Of a DNA stretch of 64,000 nt, positions 34,093-43,549 are shown piece after piece. Each line of letters begins with the position of its first letter. Position 1 is the stretch's first letter. Position numbers and translations under genes: made by a program. The stretch is from Candidatus Eiseniibacteriota bacterium (GTDB lineage Bacteria; Eisenbacteria; RBG-16-71-46): positions 768,001-832,000 of the forward strand of contig CAVUWA010000010.1 in assembly GCA_963744995.1 (NCBI GenBank). Reading direction: 5' to 3'. The notes beneath the pieces were generated by a model that was not told the DNA's origin, searched no databases, and was given only the letters and a program-made list of their open reading frames with translations.

Positions 34093-35001
34093 CTAGCGGC
34101 TCAGATCGTCGACCACTTCCTGCAGAAACCGTTCGGGGGTCAGGAATGCGCCGCCCCACTTCGCGTCGAGGTCGGCGAGCGGCCTGTCCTTCACGATCTG
34201 GTCCAGGGTCTCGCCGGCCACGACCAGCGGCTGGATGCGGCGCTCGACCTCGGCCAGCATGTCGCGGAACGCGCGCAGGTCCTCGCGGTTCCCGAGCGGC
34301 CCGTGCCCCGGCACGATCTTCGTCGTGCCGTCGGCGAGCAGCAGGCCGGACTCGGCGGCGCGGATCATGCCGTGCAACGACCCGCCCGCGCTGACGTCGA
34401 TGAGCGGATAGCCGCCGTTCCAGAAGCAGTCGCCCATGTGGATCACGTTGCGGTTCTCGAAGTGCACGATCACGTCGCCGTCGGTGTGCGCGTGCTCGAC
34501 GTGGAACACGTGGATGTCCTGGTCGTTCAGGTGGAAGTTCATGTTGTCGCTGAACGTGATCACCGGCAGCGCGTCCGCGGGGCTCGCCGGCGTCTTGCGG
34601 TCGAGCAGACGGTTGAACTGGTCTTCGCTCATGCGCGTGCGCACGTTGTCCTGCGCGATGATCCACGCGCCGCTCCGCGCGAAATTCTCGTTGCCCCCGG
34701 TGTGATCGCCGTGCCAGTGCGTGTTGATCACGAAGCGCACCGGCTGGTCGCCGAGCTTCTTCACCGCGGCCTGGATCTTCGCACTGAGCGGCGCGAACTG
34801 ATCGTCGATCAGGATCACGCCATCCGCGCCCACCGAAACGCCGATGTTGCCGCCCGCGCCTTCCAGCATGTAGACGCCTTCCGCGAGCGGGGTGGTCTTG
34901 ATCTGGACCTTGTCGAAGTCGGACTGGGCGTACGCGGGTGCGGCGCAGAGCGCGAGGGCGGCGACGGGCATCAGACGTCGGAACAGGGCGCGAAACGGCA
35001 T
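34093..35001 (-). CDS. Secreted MBL-fold metallo-hydrolase (cyclase/glyoxalase II-like)
   Basis: Signal peptide, GAGGNIG, NTHWHGDHTGGN (HxHxDH), AHTDGD, HMGD, VPGHG. Confidence 0.9.
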   Translation of the reverse strand: MPFRALFRRLMPVAALALCAAPAYAQSDFDKVQIKTTPLAEGVYMLEGAGGNIGVSVGADGVILIDDQFAPLSAKIQAAVKKLGDQPVRFVINTHWHGDHTGGNENFARSGAWIIAQDNVRTRMSEDQFNRLLDRKTPASPADALPVITFSDNMNFHLNDQDIHVFHVEHAHTDGDVIVHFENRNVIHMGDCFWNGGYPLIDVSAGGSLHGMIRAAESGLLLADGTTKIVPGHGPLGNREDLRAFRDMLAEVERRIQPLVVAGETLDQIVKDRPLADLDAKWGGAFLTPERFLQEVVDDLSR

Positions 35002-35133
35002 GGAGACCTCGTGCGTTCGGGGGGTGATGCCGGGCGCGGGCGGAGCGCCGGCTCAGAAAGGGTTCGCGGGCGCGAGGATAACCCCGCGCCTGCGCGATTT
35101 GAATTCAGGAGATGCCTGGATCCCGCGCAACCC

Positions 35134-35312
35134 GGCAGTGTCGGCGAACGGGCGCGCGGGGCAGAGCTCCCTTCAGGGGGGACACTGCGGCGCGGCCCTC
35201 GTGGCCGCGCTTTGTTTGTCGCGGCCGCGCCCGCCATCCATGGCTCCACAGCCGCGGCCGCTCGACCCCCCTTCAGGGACTCTGCCCCGCGCGCCCGTTC
35301 GCCGACACCGCC
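35134..35312. mobile_element. 179-bp MITE/REP-like palindromic element with long terminal inverted repeats
   Basis: Perfect 29-bp IR 35138-35166 / 35280-35308, extendable with few mismatches outward and inward (cccttcagggggg / ccccccttcaggg). Internal hairpin gcgcggcc-ctcgt-ggccgcgc followed by tttgttt. Confidence 0.55.
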
Positions 35313-36112
35313 TAGTCGCCGCGTCCCATCACGATGTCGCCGAGCCCGCCCAGCAGCGAGCCTTCGCCCTGGCGGCGCCCGCCGGTCTGCGGCGCGGCGG
35401 CGTAGATGCGGCCGGCCAGACGGCTGAACGGCAGCGACTGCAGCCACACCCGGCCGGGGCCGGTGAGCGTTGCGAAGAACAGACCTTCGCCCCCGAACAG
35501 CGCGCTCTTCACCCCGCCGACCATCTGGATGTCGTAGCTGACGCTCGGCTGCAGCGCGACCAGGCAGCCGGTGTCCACGCGCAGCGTCTCGCCGGCGTCG
35601 AGCGTCTTCTCTTCGAGCGTTCCACCCGCGTGCACGAAGCACCAGCCGTCGCCGGTCAGCCGCTGCATGATGAATCCTTCGCCGCCGAACAGGCCGACCC
35701 CGAAGCGCCGGTTGAACGCGATGCCGATGCTCACGCCCTTTGCCGCGCACAGGAACGAGTCCTTCTGGCACACGAGCTCGCCACCCACCTGGGCCAGGTG
35801 GATCGGCTGGATCTTGCCCGGGTACGGCGCGCCGAACGCGGCGACGCGCTTGCCGTTGCCTTCGTTGTGGAACACGGTCATGAACAGCGACTCACCGGTG
35901 ATCAGGCGCTTGCCCGCGCCGACCAGGGCACCGATGAAGCCTTTGTTCTGCTGCGAGCCGTCGCCGAAGATCGTGTCCATCTGGATGTCGCTCTCGACGT
36001 ACATCATCGCACCGGCCTCAGCGACCACGGCCTCCTGCGGATCCAGCTCGACCTTCACGAACTGCATGTCGTCGCCGACGATCTGATAATCGACTTCGTG
36101 CATCGCTGACAT
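35312..36112 (-). CDS. TIGR00266 / AIM24 family protein
   Basis: GDDMQFV.VELDP.E.V.AEAGAMM, GESLFMTVF, CQKDSFLCAA, FGGEGFIMQ, GPGRVWLQSLPFSRLA. Confidence 0.9.
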   Translation of the reverse strand: MSAMHEVDYQIVGDDMQFVKVELDPQEAVVAEAGAMMYVESDIQMDTIFGDGSQQNKGFIGALVGAGKRLITGESLFMTVFHNEGNGKRVAAFGAPYPGKIQPIHLAQVGGELVCQKDSFLCAAKGVSIGIAFNRRFGVGLFGGEGFIMQRLTGDGWCFVHAGGTLEEKTLDAGETLRVDTGCLVALQPSVSYDIQMVGGVKSALFGGEGLFFATLTGPGRVWLQSLPFSRLAGRIYAAAPQTGGRRQGEGSLLGGLGDIVMGRGD

Positions 36113-36372
36113 GGAATCCTGTCCTTTCCTGCGCCGCGCCGGCAGCGTGGGCGAAGAGATGTCTCGATTCATTCGAATCACTCGTGCTCAGAATACGAAA
36201 TTCGCCCGGCGCATGTTGCGGAACCGGCGCCGGGCACGGTGGTTACCGCGGCGGGTGCCACGCGCCGGGCCCGGCCGTCGTCACCGGCCGGTGGCGCGCC
36301 GCCGCGACGCCCGTCGCGCCGTGAGGTCGCCCTCTGCCGTCGGCGGGACGCCCGTCTGCTACCTCCGTCTCA

Positions 36373-36430
36373 TTGAGCCTGCGCGGGCCGCGGCGTAGCG
36401 TGGGTCGGCGCCTTCCAAAGGAGGCCGGCC
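36373..36430 (+). promoter_or_regulatory. sigma70-like promoter and short 5' UTR with SD-covering hairpin
   Basis: TTGAGC(36373)-N17-TAGCGT(36396). The UTR contains gccttcc-aaa-ggaggc. Confidence 0.45.
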
Positions 36431-37642
36431 ATGGCATTCGACCCGGCGACACGCGTCCAGGACTTCCTGGTCTTCGGCGAGTTCGGTGACGTCAATCCGT
36501 CGATCACCGACTCGTCCACCTTCACGTTTCTCACACCGGCAAGGATGGAAGAGGCCTTCGAGCACGACATGGAAGGCTGCTTCCTCTATTCCCGCCACTG
36601 GAATCCGACCAACAAGTCCCTCGCCGACGCGCTCGCGCGCATGGAAGACGGCGAGTCGGCGCAGGTCATGGCGTCCGGCATGGGCGCGATCTCGACCACG
36701 CTGCTCGCGCTGTGCTCGTCCGGTGACGAGATCGTCGCGAGCCGCACGATCTACGGTGGCACCTACGCGCTGCTCAAGAATCTCCTGCCGCGCTGGGGCA
36801 TCACCACGCGCTTCGTGGACACCGGCGACCACGAAGCAGTGCGCGCGGCGTTCACCGATCGCACGCGCGTCCTGTACGCGGAGAGCATCTCGAACCCTCT
36901 GCTGCAGGTCGCCGATCTGCCGGCGCTGGCCGCGATCGCCCACGGCCGCAGCGCCGTGCTCGTGGTCGACAACACCTTCAGCCCGATGGTGATCTCGCCG
37001 CTCCGTCACGGCGCCGACGTGGTCGTCCACAGCATGACCAAGTTCATCAACGGCACCAGCGACTGCGTCGCCGGCTGCGCGGTGTCGAGCCATGCATTCA
37101 TCGATCAGCTGAACGACGTGAACGGCGGAACCAGCATGCTGCTCGGACCGGTCCTCGACAGCCTGCGCGCGGCGAGCATCCTCAAGAACCTGCACAGCCT
37201 GCACATCCGCATGCGCCGGCACGGCAGGAACGCGCTGGCGCTGGCCGGGCGGCTGACGGCGCGCGGGTTGCCGGTGCACTATCCGGGGCTGCCGGGGCAT
37301 CCCGACTACGCGATCATGCAGCGCCTCGCGAATCCCGGCTACGGCTCGGGCGGCATGCTGACGCTCGACGTCGGCACGACGGAGAACGCCAACCGGCTGA
37401 TGACGCGCATGCAGGAAGCGCGCGTCGGGTATCTGGCGGTGAGCCTCGGCTATTTCAAGACGCTGTTCAGCGCGCCCGGCCACAGCACGTCGAGCGAGAT
37501 CCCGCACGACGAGCGCGAGGGCATGGGGATCTCCGACGGGCTGATCCGGTTCTCGATCGGGCTCGACAACGACATCGAGCGCACGGCCGACACGATCGAG
37601 CATTGTCTGGATCAGCTGGGGATCGCGACCGTGATGCGCTAG
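36431..37642 (+). CDS. PLP-dependent Cys/Met metabolism enzyme, methionine gamma-lyase-like
   Basis: YSRHWNPT, ASGMGAI, IYGGTY, ESISNP, VDNTFSP, HSMTKFING (PLP lysine), LAVSLG, LIRFSIG. Confidence 0.85.
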   Translation: MAFDPATRVQDFLVFGEFGDVNPSITDSSTFTFLTPARMEEAFEHDMEGCFLYSRHWNPTNKSLADALARMEDGESAQVMASGMGAISTTLLALCSSGDEIVASRTIYGGTYALLKNLLPRWGITTRFVDTGDHEAVRAAFTDRTRVLYAESISNPLLQVADLPALAAIAHGRSAVLVVDNTFSPMVISPLRHGADVVVHSMTKFINGTSDCVAGCAVSSHAFIDQLNDVNGGTSMLLGPVLDSLRAASILKNLHSLHIRMRRHGRNALALAGRLTARGLPVHYPGLPGHPDYAIMQRLANPGYGSGGMLTLDVGTTENANRLMTRMQEARVGYLAVSLGYFKTLFSAPGHSTSSEIPHDEREGMGISDGLIRFSIGLDNDIERTADTIEHCLDQLGIATVMR

Positions 37643-37748
37643 CCGAAGCTCGGAGCGCGGCGGTGGCCACGGACGGCCGCACGGGGCCGACGGACGCGCG
37701 CCCGCCGCCGCGCTGCAACACCGTGCCCTGCAGCCCCCGGATACGGCG

Positions 37749-38543
37749 CTATTCGTTCACGAGGCCGTGTTCGTGAACGAGCGCCTCGAAGCGCTCGAGG
37801 CCCTGCAGGTCCTCGGGACCGAAACGGTAGTGGAAGCGGCGCAGGTAGGCTTCGGTTTCGGCCGCCGTCCAGCCGGGCTCGGTCTGCTGGCGCGCCACCT
37901 CGGGCAGCGCGCCGAGCCCCGCGGCGAGCGAGCTGTCGAGAAAGCGGCTGAGGTCGGCGCGCACCTCGGGATCGAGGCTCGAGCGGGCCGCCCATACGGC
38001 GTAGACGAACGGCAGCCCGGTCCATTCCAGCCAGTCGGCGCCCAGGTCGAGCGTGTGCGTGAACCCCTCGGGTCGGTTGTTGCGCATGCGCATGGCGCTG
38101 TCGCCGATCATCAGCAGGCCCTGGGCCTGCGCGGGCTCGAGACCGCGCACGAAACGGACGCCCTCGAGCTCGCGGCGCACGTTGAGCAGGAGCTTCAGCA
38201 GCCGGATCGACGTGCTGGTCTCCGGGGTCACCGAGATCAGCGTGTTCTCGAGCGCGCCCGCCGGGCGGCGTGAGAACAGCAGCACCGACTGCACGTTGCC
38301 GCGCGCCGCGACGCCCATCGGCGGCTGCAGCATCTCGAAGCGGTCCTTCAAGCGCAGGTAGTCGCCCGCCGCCATGAGCCCGAGGTCCACGTGGCCCGCT
38401 TCGGCTTCACGGCCCAGCTCGCGCGGCACCAGGTTGCGCACCGCGAACGGGGCGTCGCTCCACAGCGCGTAGAACGGCGCGGCGTTCGCGTACGGAATCC
38501 GGGCTGCGACGGTGGACGTGGTCAGGCGAGGGAAGGCGCTCAT
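37749..38543 (-). CDS. mqnA: Chorismate dehydratase (futalosine pathway)
   Basis: RIPYANAAPFY, GNVQSVLLFS, TSTSIRLL, LMIGDSA, DLGADW.EWTGLPFVYAVW. Confidence 0.88.
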   Translation of the reverse strand: MSAFPRLTTSTVAARIPYANAAPFYALWSDAPFAVRNLVPRELGREAEAGHVDLGLMAAGDYLRLKDRFEMLQPPMGVAARGNVQSVLLFSRRPAGALENTLISVTPETSTSIRLLKLLLNVRRELEGVRFVRGLEPAQAQGLLMIGDSAMRMRNNRPEGFTHTLDLGADWLEWTGLPFVYAVWAARSSLDPEVRADLSRFLDSSLAAGLGALPEVARQQTEPGWTAAETEAYLRRFHYRFGPEDLQGLERFEALVHEHGLVNE

Positions 38544-38791
38544 CGGGGCGAAAACTTACAACGATGCGGGGGGTGAGTCGAGCCGGGGCCAGGACGGGTC
38601 GCGGGCCCGCGGCCGGGCGCAGCGCCGGGGGCATTCGGGACGCACCGGCGCCCGACCGGGCGGCCCGGGGCAGGCCGCGTCCCCGGGGCGCGGGCCGGCG
38701 CCCGTTGCGATCCGGGCCGCTTCGGGCTATGTCTATGCGTCCGGCCGGGGTCCACCCGGCGCCCGCAACCTCCCGATCCGAGGAGCTTTCC

Positions 38792-40948
38792 CTGATCCCA
38801 CGTTCCATCCACCGGTTCGCCGCGGGCTGCTTCGCCGCCGGCCTCCTGGCCGGTGCCCTCGCGGGCTGCGGAGGAGGAAAGCCGGGTGCGGGCACGCAGG
38901 CGACGGCGGAGCCGGGAGCACCGATGGTGCTGCCCGAGCACTACGACCGCTCCATCGCCGCGCTCGGCTGGCCGGGCGCGAAACGTGCGTTCCAGATCGG
39001 CGACGGCAGCGTGGTGTTCGGAGGCGATGCGGCGCTCGAGTGGTCGGTGCCTGGCGCCGCGTTCGAAACCACGCCGGTCTATTTCGAACGGGACGGCGTG
39101 CCGGTCGCGCACTGGACCATGACCGGGCCCGAGAACCGGATCGACTTCGAGGCCGCGGCCGCGCCGCTCGACATGCTCGGCGACACGAGCCTCGTGCTCT
39201 CGGTGCGCGCGACGGTGACGCGCACCGCGGCGGGCACCGGTGCGTTCGCGTTCGAGGCCCGCGTGCGCGGACGGCCGGAGGGGCCGTACGCCGATCCCTG
39301 GGATGCGAAGATCCCGCGCATCACCGACGAGGGCTGGCAGAAGCACGGCGCCTATCGCGCCGACCGGCTGGTGGCCGTCGTGGACGACGCCGCGGGCGTG
39401 CCTGCGGGCGAACCGTCGCGTGGCGACCCGCAGCCCGTGGAAGGTGACAGCGCGGGGGCGTTGCGCGCGGTGTGCCGCGCGACGCTCGCGCGCGGCGAGC
39501 CGCGGCACTGGGACTTCGCGATGCCCGCCTACCCGGTGGACGCCGACGCCGCCGATCTGCGCAAGGCGGTGGATCACGAGGCGATCCTGGTCCGGGCGCG
39601 GCGCGCGTGGCGCGGCTGGATCGCCGACGCCGTCGACTTCGAGACGCCCGACACGCTGGTGAACGCCGCGTGGCGGGCCGCGCTGGTCACGCTCATCCAG
39701 TGTCAGGAGAAGAACGGCGACGACTGGGTGTCGATCGGTAATCCGTTCCAGTACCGCGACGTGTGGATTCGCGACGGCGCGCGCACGGTACGCGCCCTGG
39801 CCGTGGCCGGGCTCACCGAACGCGCGAAGGCGAACGCGTGGGCGTTGCGCCGCTTCCAGCTGCCGCCCGGCGCGTTCCTGTCGCAGCGCGGGCAGCTCGA
39901 CGGCACCGGCCAGGCGCTGTGGGCGTTCGAGCAGGTCGCGTCGATCCCGCCCGATCCCGGGACCGCAAAGCGCTATCTGCCCATGGCGTCGGAGGCGCTC
40001 GACTGGATCAGGCGTGAGCGACACGCCACGCGCCTCGTCGAACTGCGCTACGACGGCCTCCTCCCCTACGGCGACCCGCACGATGCGGAGCTGGTGCGCG
40101 CGCAGCTCGCCGGCAACGACGCCTGGGGGATCGCCGGGTGCCGCGCGGTGGTGACGCTCGCCCGCCGCGCGGGCGACGACGATCTCGCGCGCCGCGCGTG
40201 GGCGCAGTACGAGGACTATCGCGACGCGTTCTACGCCGCGCTGAAGAAGGCCTACCGCGACGACGTGCCGCCGAGCTGGCAGGGCGTCGGCCGCGACTGG
40301 GGCAACCTGGCCAGCGGCTACCCGACGTTCGTGGTGCCGTGGAACGACATCCGCATGCTGTTCCTGGCACGCCGCGCGTGGGCGCCGGCGCGCGGCCTCA
40401 TGCTCGTCAACTACGGCCCCGCGGATTCGATCCACACCTACCTCGGCGCCGATCTCGCGCAGTGGGCGCTGCTCGCCGGCCGCGCCAGCGTGGCGCGCGG
40501 CTACCTGAACGACCTGCTCGAGCACAGCAGCTCGACGCTGGGCCAGGCCGAGATCTTCGAGCGCCGGACCGGCGGCTTCGGCATCAACCTGCCGCCGCAT
40601 GCGACCGCCGCGGCCACGCTCATCGACCTGCTGCGCAACATGGTCGTGAACGATGCGCGCGATACGCTCGATATCGCGCTCGGCGGCGACCTCGCGTGGT
40701 GGAACGGCACGCGCTTCGCGAAGGCGCCGACCCGCTTCGGCACCGTGAACGTGGTCCTCGAGCGTCCCGAACCCGACGAGCTCTCGTGCGAGTGGGGCCC
40801 GGCCTCCGCCCCGGTGCGGATCCGCATTCCCGACGGCGCGATCGCGGTCGCGTCGCTGACCCCCGGGGCGCGGCTCGAGGGCGGACGCTGGCTCTACGCG
40901 CCGCCGGGCGTGACGCGCGCCGCGGTGCGCATCCGGGAGACGCGCTGA
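38792..40948 (+). CDS. Putative lipoprotein with (alpha/alpha)6 glycoside hydrolase-like domain
   Basis: AGGAG SD then CTG at 38792 (start uncertain), lipobox LAGC, QYRDVWIRDGA (W.RD motif of six-hairpin glycosidases). Confidence 0.6.
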   Translation: MIPRSIHRFAAGCFAAGLLAGALAGCGGGKPGAGTQATAEPGAPMVLPEHYDRSIAALGWPGAKRAFQIGDGSVVFGGDAALEWSVPGAAFETTPVYFERDGVPVAHWTMTGPENRIDFEAAAAPLDMLGDTSLVLSVRATVTRTAAGTGAFAFEARVRGRPEGPYADPWDAKIPRITDEGWQKHGAYRADRLVAVVDDAAGVPAGEPSRGDPQPVEGDSAGALRAVCRATLARGEPRHWDFAMPAYPVDADAADLRKAVDHEAILVRARRAWRGWIADAVDFETPDTLVNAAWRAALVTLIQCQEKNGDDWVSIGNPFQYRDVWIRDGARTVRALAVAGLTERAKANAWALRRFQLPPGAFLSQRGQLDGTGQALWAFEQVASIPPDPGTAKRYLPMASEALDWIRRERHATRLVELRYDGLLPYGDPHDAELVRAQLAGNDAWGIAGCRAVVTLARRAGDDDLARRAWAQYEDYRDAFYAALKKAYRDDVPPSWQGVGRDWGNLASGYPTFVVPWNDIRMLFLARRAWAPARGLMLVNYGPADSIHTYLGADLAQWALLAGRASVARGYLNDLLEHSSSTLGQAEIFERRTGGFGINLPPHATAAATLIDLLRNMVVNDARDTLDIALGGDLAWWNGTRFAKAPTRFGTVNVVLERPEPDELSCEWGPASAPVRIRIPDGAIAVASLTPGARLEGGRWLYAPPGVTRAAVRIRETR

Positions 40949-41589
40949 TGGCGCGCCGCAGACGCAGCCGCTGGCCGCGCGGGAGCCGGTACTCGACCCG
41001 CCGCAGCCGCCGTCGCAGCGGTCCCGGCTGGGGTGCGGTGATCACCGTGGCAGTGCTGATCGCGGCCGGCCTCTGGTTCATTCCGCGCATCCAGAAGAGC
41101 TACGAGCGCGCGACGAACGAGCAGGCGCCGGAAGGAGCGCAGACTCTGGCCGACAGCACCGACGCCGCGACGCAGCGCGGCGACTGGGACGCCGCGCTGA
41201 CGTTCGCCGTGGACCTCGGGAAGGCCGCGCCCAACCTGTCGGGTGCACAGCTCAAGCTCGCCATCGCCTGGCACAATTACGCGACCGGCATGCGCACCGT
41301 GCATGGCGAGCCGCGCTCGGTCGCGCGCACGAGCGTGAACAGGATCGAGTGCGAGATCCGCGCGCTCGCCGCCGCCGACTCGGCGCGCTCGCTCGCGGCG
41401 AACGAGGACGAGTGGATCGCCGCCGCCGAGATCTACGGCAAGACCCTCGAATACCTGGGTCTCCCGGCGGACGCGATCAGCATCTACTCGCAGATCCTGC
41501 AGCGGAAGCCGGATGACCAGCCCGCGCAGGCGCGCGCGGACTGGCTGCGCGAGCACCTGAAGAACCCCCTGCTCCCGGACCAGCTCTAG
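40948..41589 (+). CDS. Membrane-anchored helical/TPR-like hypothetical protein
   Basis: TGATG overlap with the upstream gene, Arg-rich N-terminus, one TM segment, TPR-like GKTLEYLG…AISIYSQIL…P.D. Confidence 0.6.
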   Translation: MARRRRSRWPRGSRYSTRRSRRRSGPGWGAVITVAVLIAAGLWFIPRIQKSYERATNEQAPEGAQTLADSTDAATQRGDWDAALTFAVDLGKAAPNLSGAQLKLAIAWHNYATGMRTVHGEPRSVARTSVNRIECEIRALAAADSARSLAANEDEWIAAAEIYGKTLEYLGLPADAISIYSQILQRKPDDQPAQARADWLREHLKNPLLPDQL

Positions 41590-41592
41590 GTC

Positions 41593-42426
41593 TTGGAAAC
41601 GCAGCCCCGGGAGCGCGAGCGACGATCGTCCGCGCCCGACTACGCCGATCTCTGGCGCCGCGTCGTCACCCCCACCGAGCACGGCGGCTGGGCGTTCCTT
41701 GGCGAGCCGCTGCTGCTCGGGCTGCTCGTCGCGTTCTCGGGGGCGGGCGCGTGCCTGGCGCTCGCGGCGCTCGCGGCATTCCTCGCGCGCCAGCCGCTGC
41801 GGCTCGCGCTCGCCGACCGCCGCAAGGGGAAGCGCTATCCGCGCACCACCGTCGCCGAGAGCGCACTGGTGCTGCTCGCGGTCGTCGCCGCCGCCGCGGC
41901 GCTCGCCGCCCTCGGGCTCGCGCGTGGCCCGGTGCACCTGGCGCTCGTTCCCGTTGCGCTGCTCGCCGCGGCGGCGCTCGGATTCGACCTGCAGCGCCGC
42001 GCGCGGGAAGCGGCGGCGGAGCTGATCGCAGCGCTGGCGCTCGGCGGAATGGCATCGGCCATTGCACTGGCGGGCGGCATCGAGCCGGACATCGCGTTCG
42101 GTCTCTGGGCGGTGCTCGCCGCACGCGCGCTGCCGTCGATTCTCTACGTGCGCGCCCGCCTGCGCCTGGACCGCGGCGTGAAGGCGAATCCCGCGCGCGC
42201 GCTCGCCGCGCACGGCATCGCGCTGACCGTGCTGCCGGTGCTCGCCGCGCGGCACGTGGTGCCATGGCTCGCCGTGGCGGCGCTGGTGTTGCTGGCGGCG
42301 CGCTCGATCTACGGACTCTCGCCCGCACGGCCGCGCTGGAACACGGCGCAGCTCGGCGTGAGCGAGATCGTGCTCGGACTGATCACGGTGATCGCGACCG
42401 TGGTGGGACTGCGATTCGGGTGGTGA
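41593..42426 (+). CDS. YwiC-like membrane protein
   Basis: PTEHGGWAFL.EPLLLG signature, about 8 TM segments, SILYVRARLR, QLGVSE. Confidence 0.75.
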   Translation: METQPRERERRSSAPDYADLWRRVVTPTEHGGWAFLGEPLLLGLLVAFSGAGACLALAALAAFLARQPLRLALADRRKGKRYPRTTVAESALVLLAVVAAAAALAALGLARGPVHLALVPVALLAAAALGFDLQRRAREAAAELIAALALGGMASAIALAGGIEPDIAFGLWAVLAARALPSILYVRARLRLDRGVKANPARALAAHGIALTVLPVLAARHVVPWLAVAALVLLAARSIYGLSPARPRWNTAQLGVSEIVLGLITVIATVVGLRFGW

Positions 42427-42461
42427 GGCGCCGAGCGGCGGGCGGCCACCGCGCAGGGCCT

Positions 42462-43373
42462 CTAGATCGCCAGCGCCTGCTGCTCCGGATCGGGCGGCGG
42501 CACGAGCGGGGCGCGGCGCCGGTCGCGGACGTCGTGCGCGCGCTTGAGCGCCTTCACCGCCTCGATCGTCGGCACGATGTCGTGCTTCGGCAGGTGCGCG
42601 CGATGCGCGTAGCGCTTCTCGAGCGACGGCAGCGCCTCGGGCCAGTCGCGCGCGACGCATTCCAGGAAGTGCTGCTTCGTGCCGTCGCCGAGGTAGAGCA
42701 TGCTCGGCCAGAGATCCACCGCGCCCGCGTCGCGGGCCGCCTTCACGACGTCGGCCATGAGGCGTGGCTCGTCGGAGAGCCCGGGAATGATCGGCGCCAT
42801 CGCGATGCCCGCCTTGATGCCCGCATCCACCAGCCGTCTGAGCGCGCGCAGCCGGGCCCGCGGCGGCGGCGTGCCGGGCTCGGTGGTGCGCCAGATGCGC
42901 TCATCGAGCGTCGGCACCGAGAAGTAGACGCCCGCCCTGGCGCGCGAAGAGGCGTGCTGCAGCACGTCGATGTCGCGCACCACGAGCGGCCCGCGCGTGA
43001 CGATGCCGAAGGGATTGCGCGCGTGCGCGAACACCTCGATGCATGCGCGCGTGAGCCGGAACGTGCCCTCGGCCGGCTGATAGGGATCGGTCGCCGCGCC
43101 GACCGCCACGAATTCGCGCTTCCACGAGGGCCGCGAGAGCTCGAAGCGCAGCACGTCGGCGATGTTCGACTTCACCCGGATCGAGCGCCCGTAGCGGTCG
43201 TCGCTCGGCCGCTCCGCGCGCTTCTCGAACGCCCGCACGTAGCAGAACGTGCAGCGGTGCGCGCAACCCATGTAAGGGTTCAGCGACCAGTCGAACATCA
43301 TGCCGCGCACGGCGTTCAGCGCCGAGCGGCACGGCTCGATGCGGTACTCGGGGATCCTGCCTGAGGGGGGCAT
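42462..43373 (-). CDS. Radical SAM protein, Rv2578c/spore-photoproduct-lyase-like (putative DNA repair)
   Basis: WSLNPYMGCAHRCTFCYVR, GAATDPYQPAE, T(R)GPLVVRDID, EPGTPPP.ARL, APIIPGLSD. Confidence 0.85.
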   Translation of the reverse strand: MPPSGRIPEYRIEPCRSALNAVRGMMFDWSLNPYMGCAHRCTFCYVRAFEKRAERPSDDRYGRSIRVKSNIADVLRFELSRPSWKREFVAVGAATDPYQPAEGTFRLTRACIEVFAHARNPFGIVTRGPLVVRDIDVLQHASSRARAGVYFSVPTLDERIWRTTEPGTPPPRARLRALRRLVDAGIKAGIAMAPIIPGLSDEPRLMADVVKAARDAGAVDLWPSMLYLGDGTKQHFLECVARDWPEALPSLEKRYAHRAHLPKHDIVPTIEAVKALKRAHDVRDRRRAPLVPPPDPEQQALAI

Positions 43374-43416
43374 GGGCCATAGCGTGCCCGAAAACGCTTT
43401 GATGCACAAGTGTGCA
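43374..43416 (-). promoter_or_regulatory. Leaderless-type promoter with palindromic operator TGCACA-AG-TGTGCA overlapping -35
   Basis: Minus strand TTGTGC-N17-CACGCT-N7-ATG. Perfect 6-2-6 inverted repeat at 43403-43416. Confidence 0.5.
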
Positions 43417-43549
43417 GTGTGCCCGATTTCGCCACGGACGACCGGGCCCGGGGCGCCGCGAGCCCTCTCGTCGGTGCGCGGCCGGAGGCCCCGCTCGCAT
43501 TGAACGGCTTCCGGGTCCGTCGCCAGAAGCTCCTGGAGCTGCAGCCCTC

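Noticed and set aside
35040..35312. 6S RNA, SRP RNA, tRNA-Sec or c-di-GMP riboswitch
   Set aside because: I could not match the diagnostic motifs of any of these. Near-perfect terminal IRs fit a MITE/REP-like element better, and an Rfam search is needed to exclude them formally.
36180..36430. SAM riboswitch ahead of the Met gamma-lyase-like gene
   Set aside because: No SAM-I/II core motifs are recognisable, and the predicted promoter leaves only a ~23-nt UTR.
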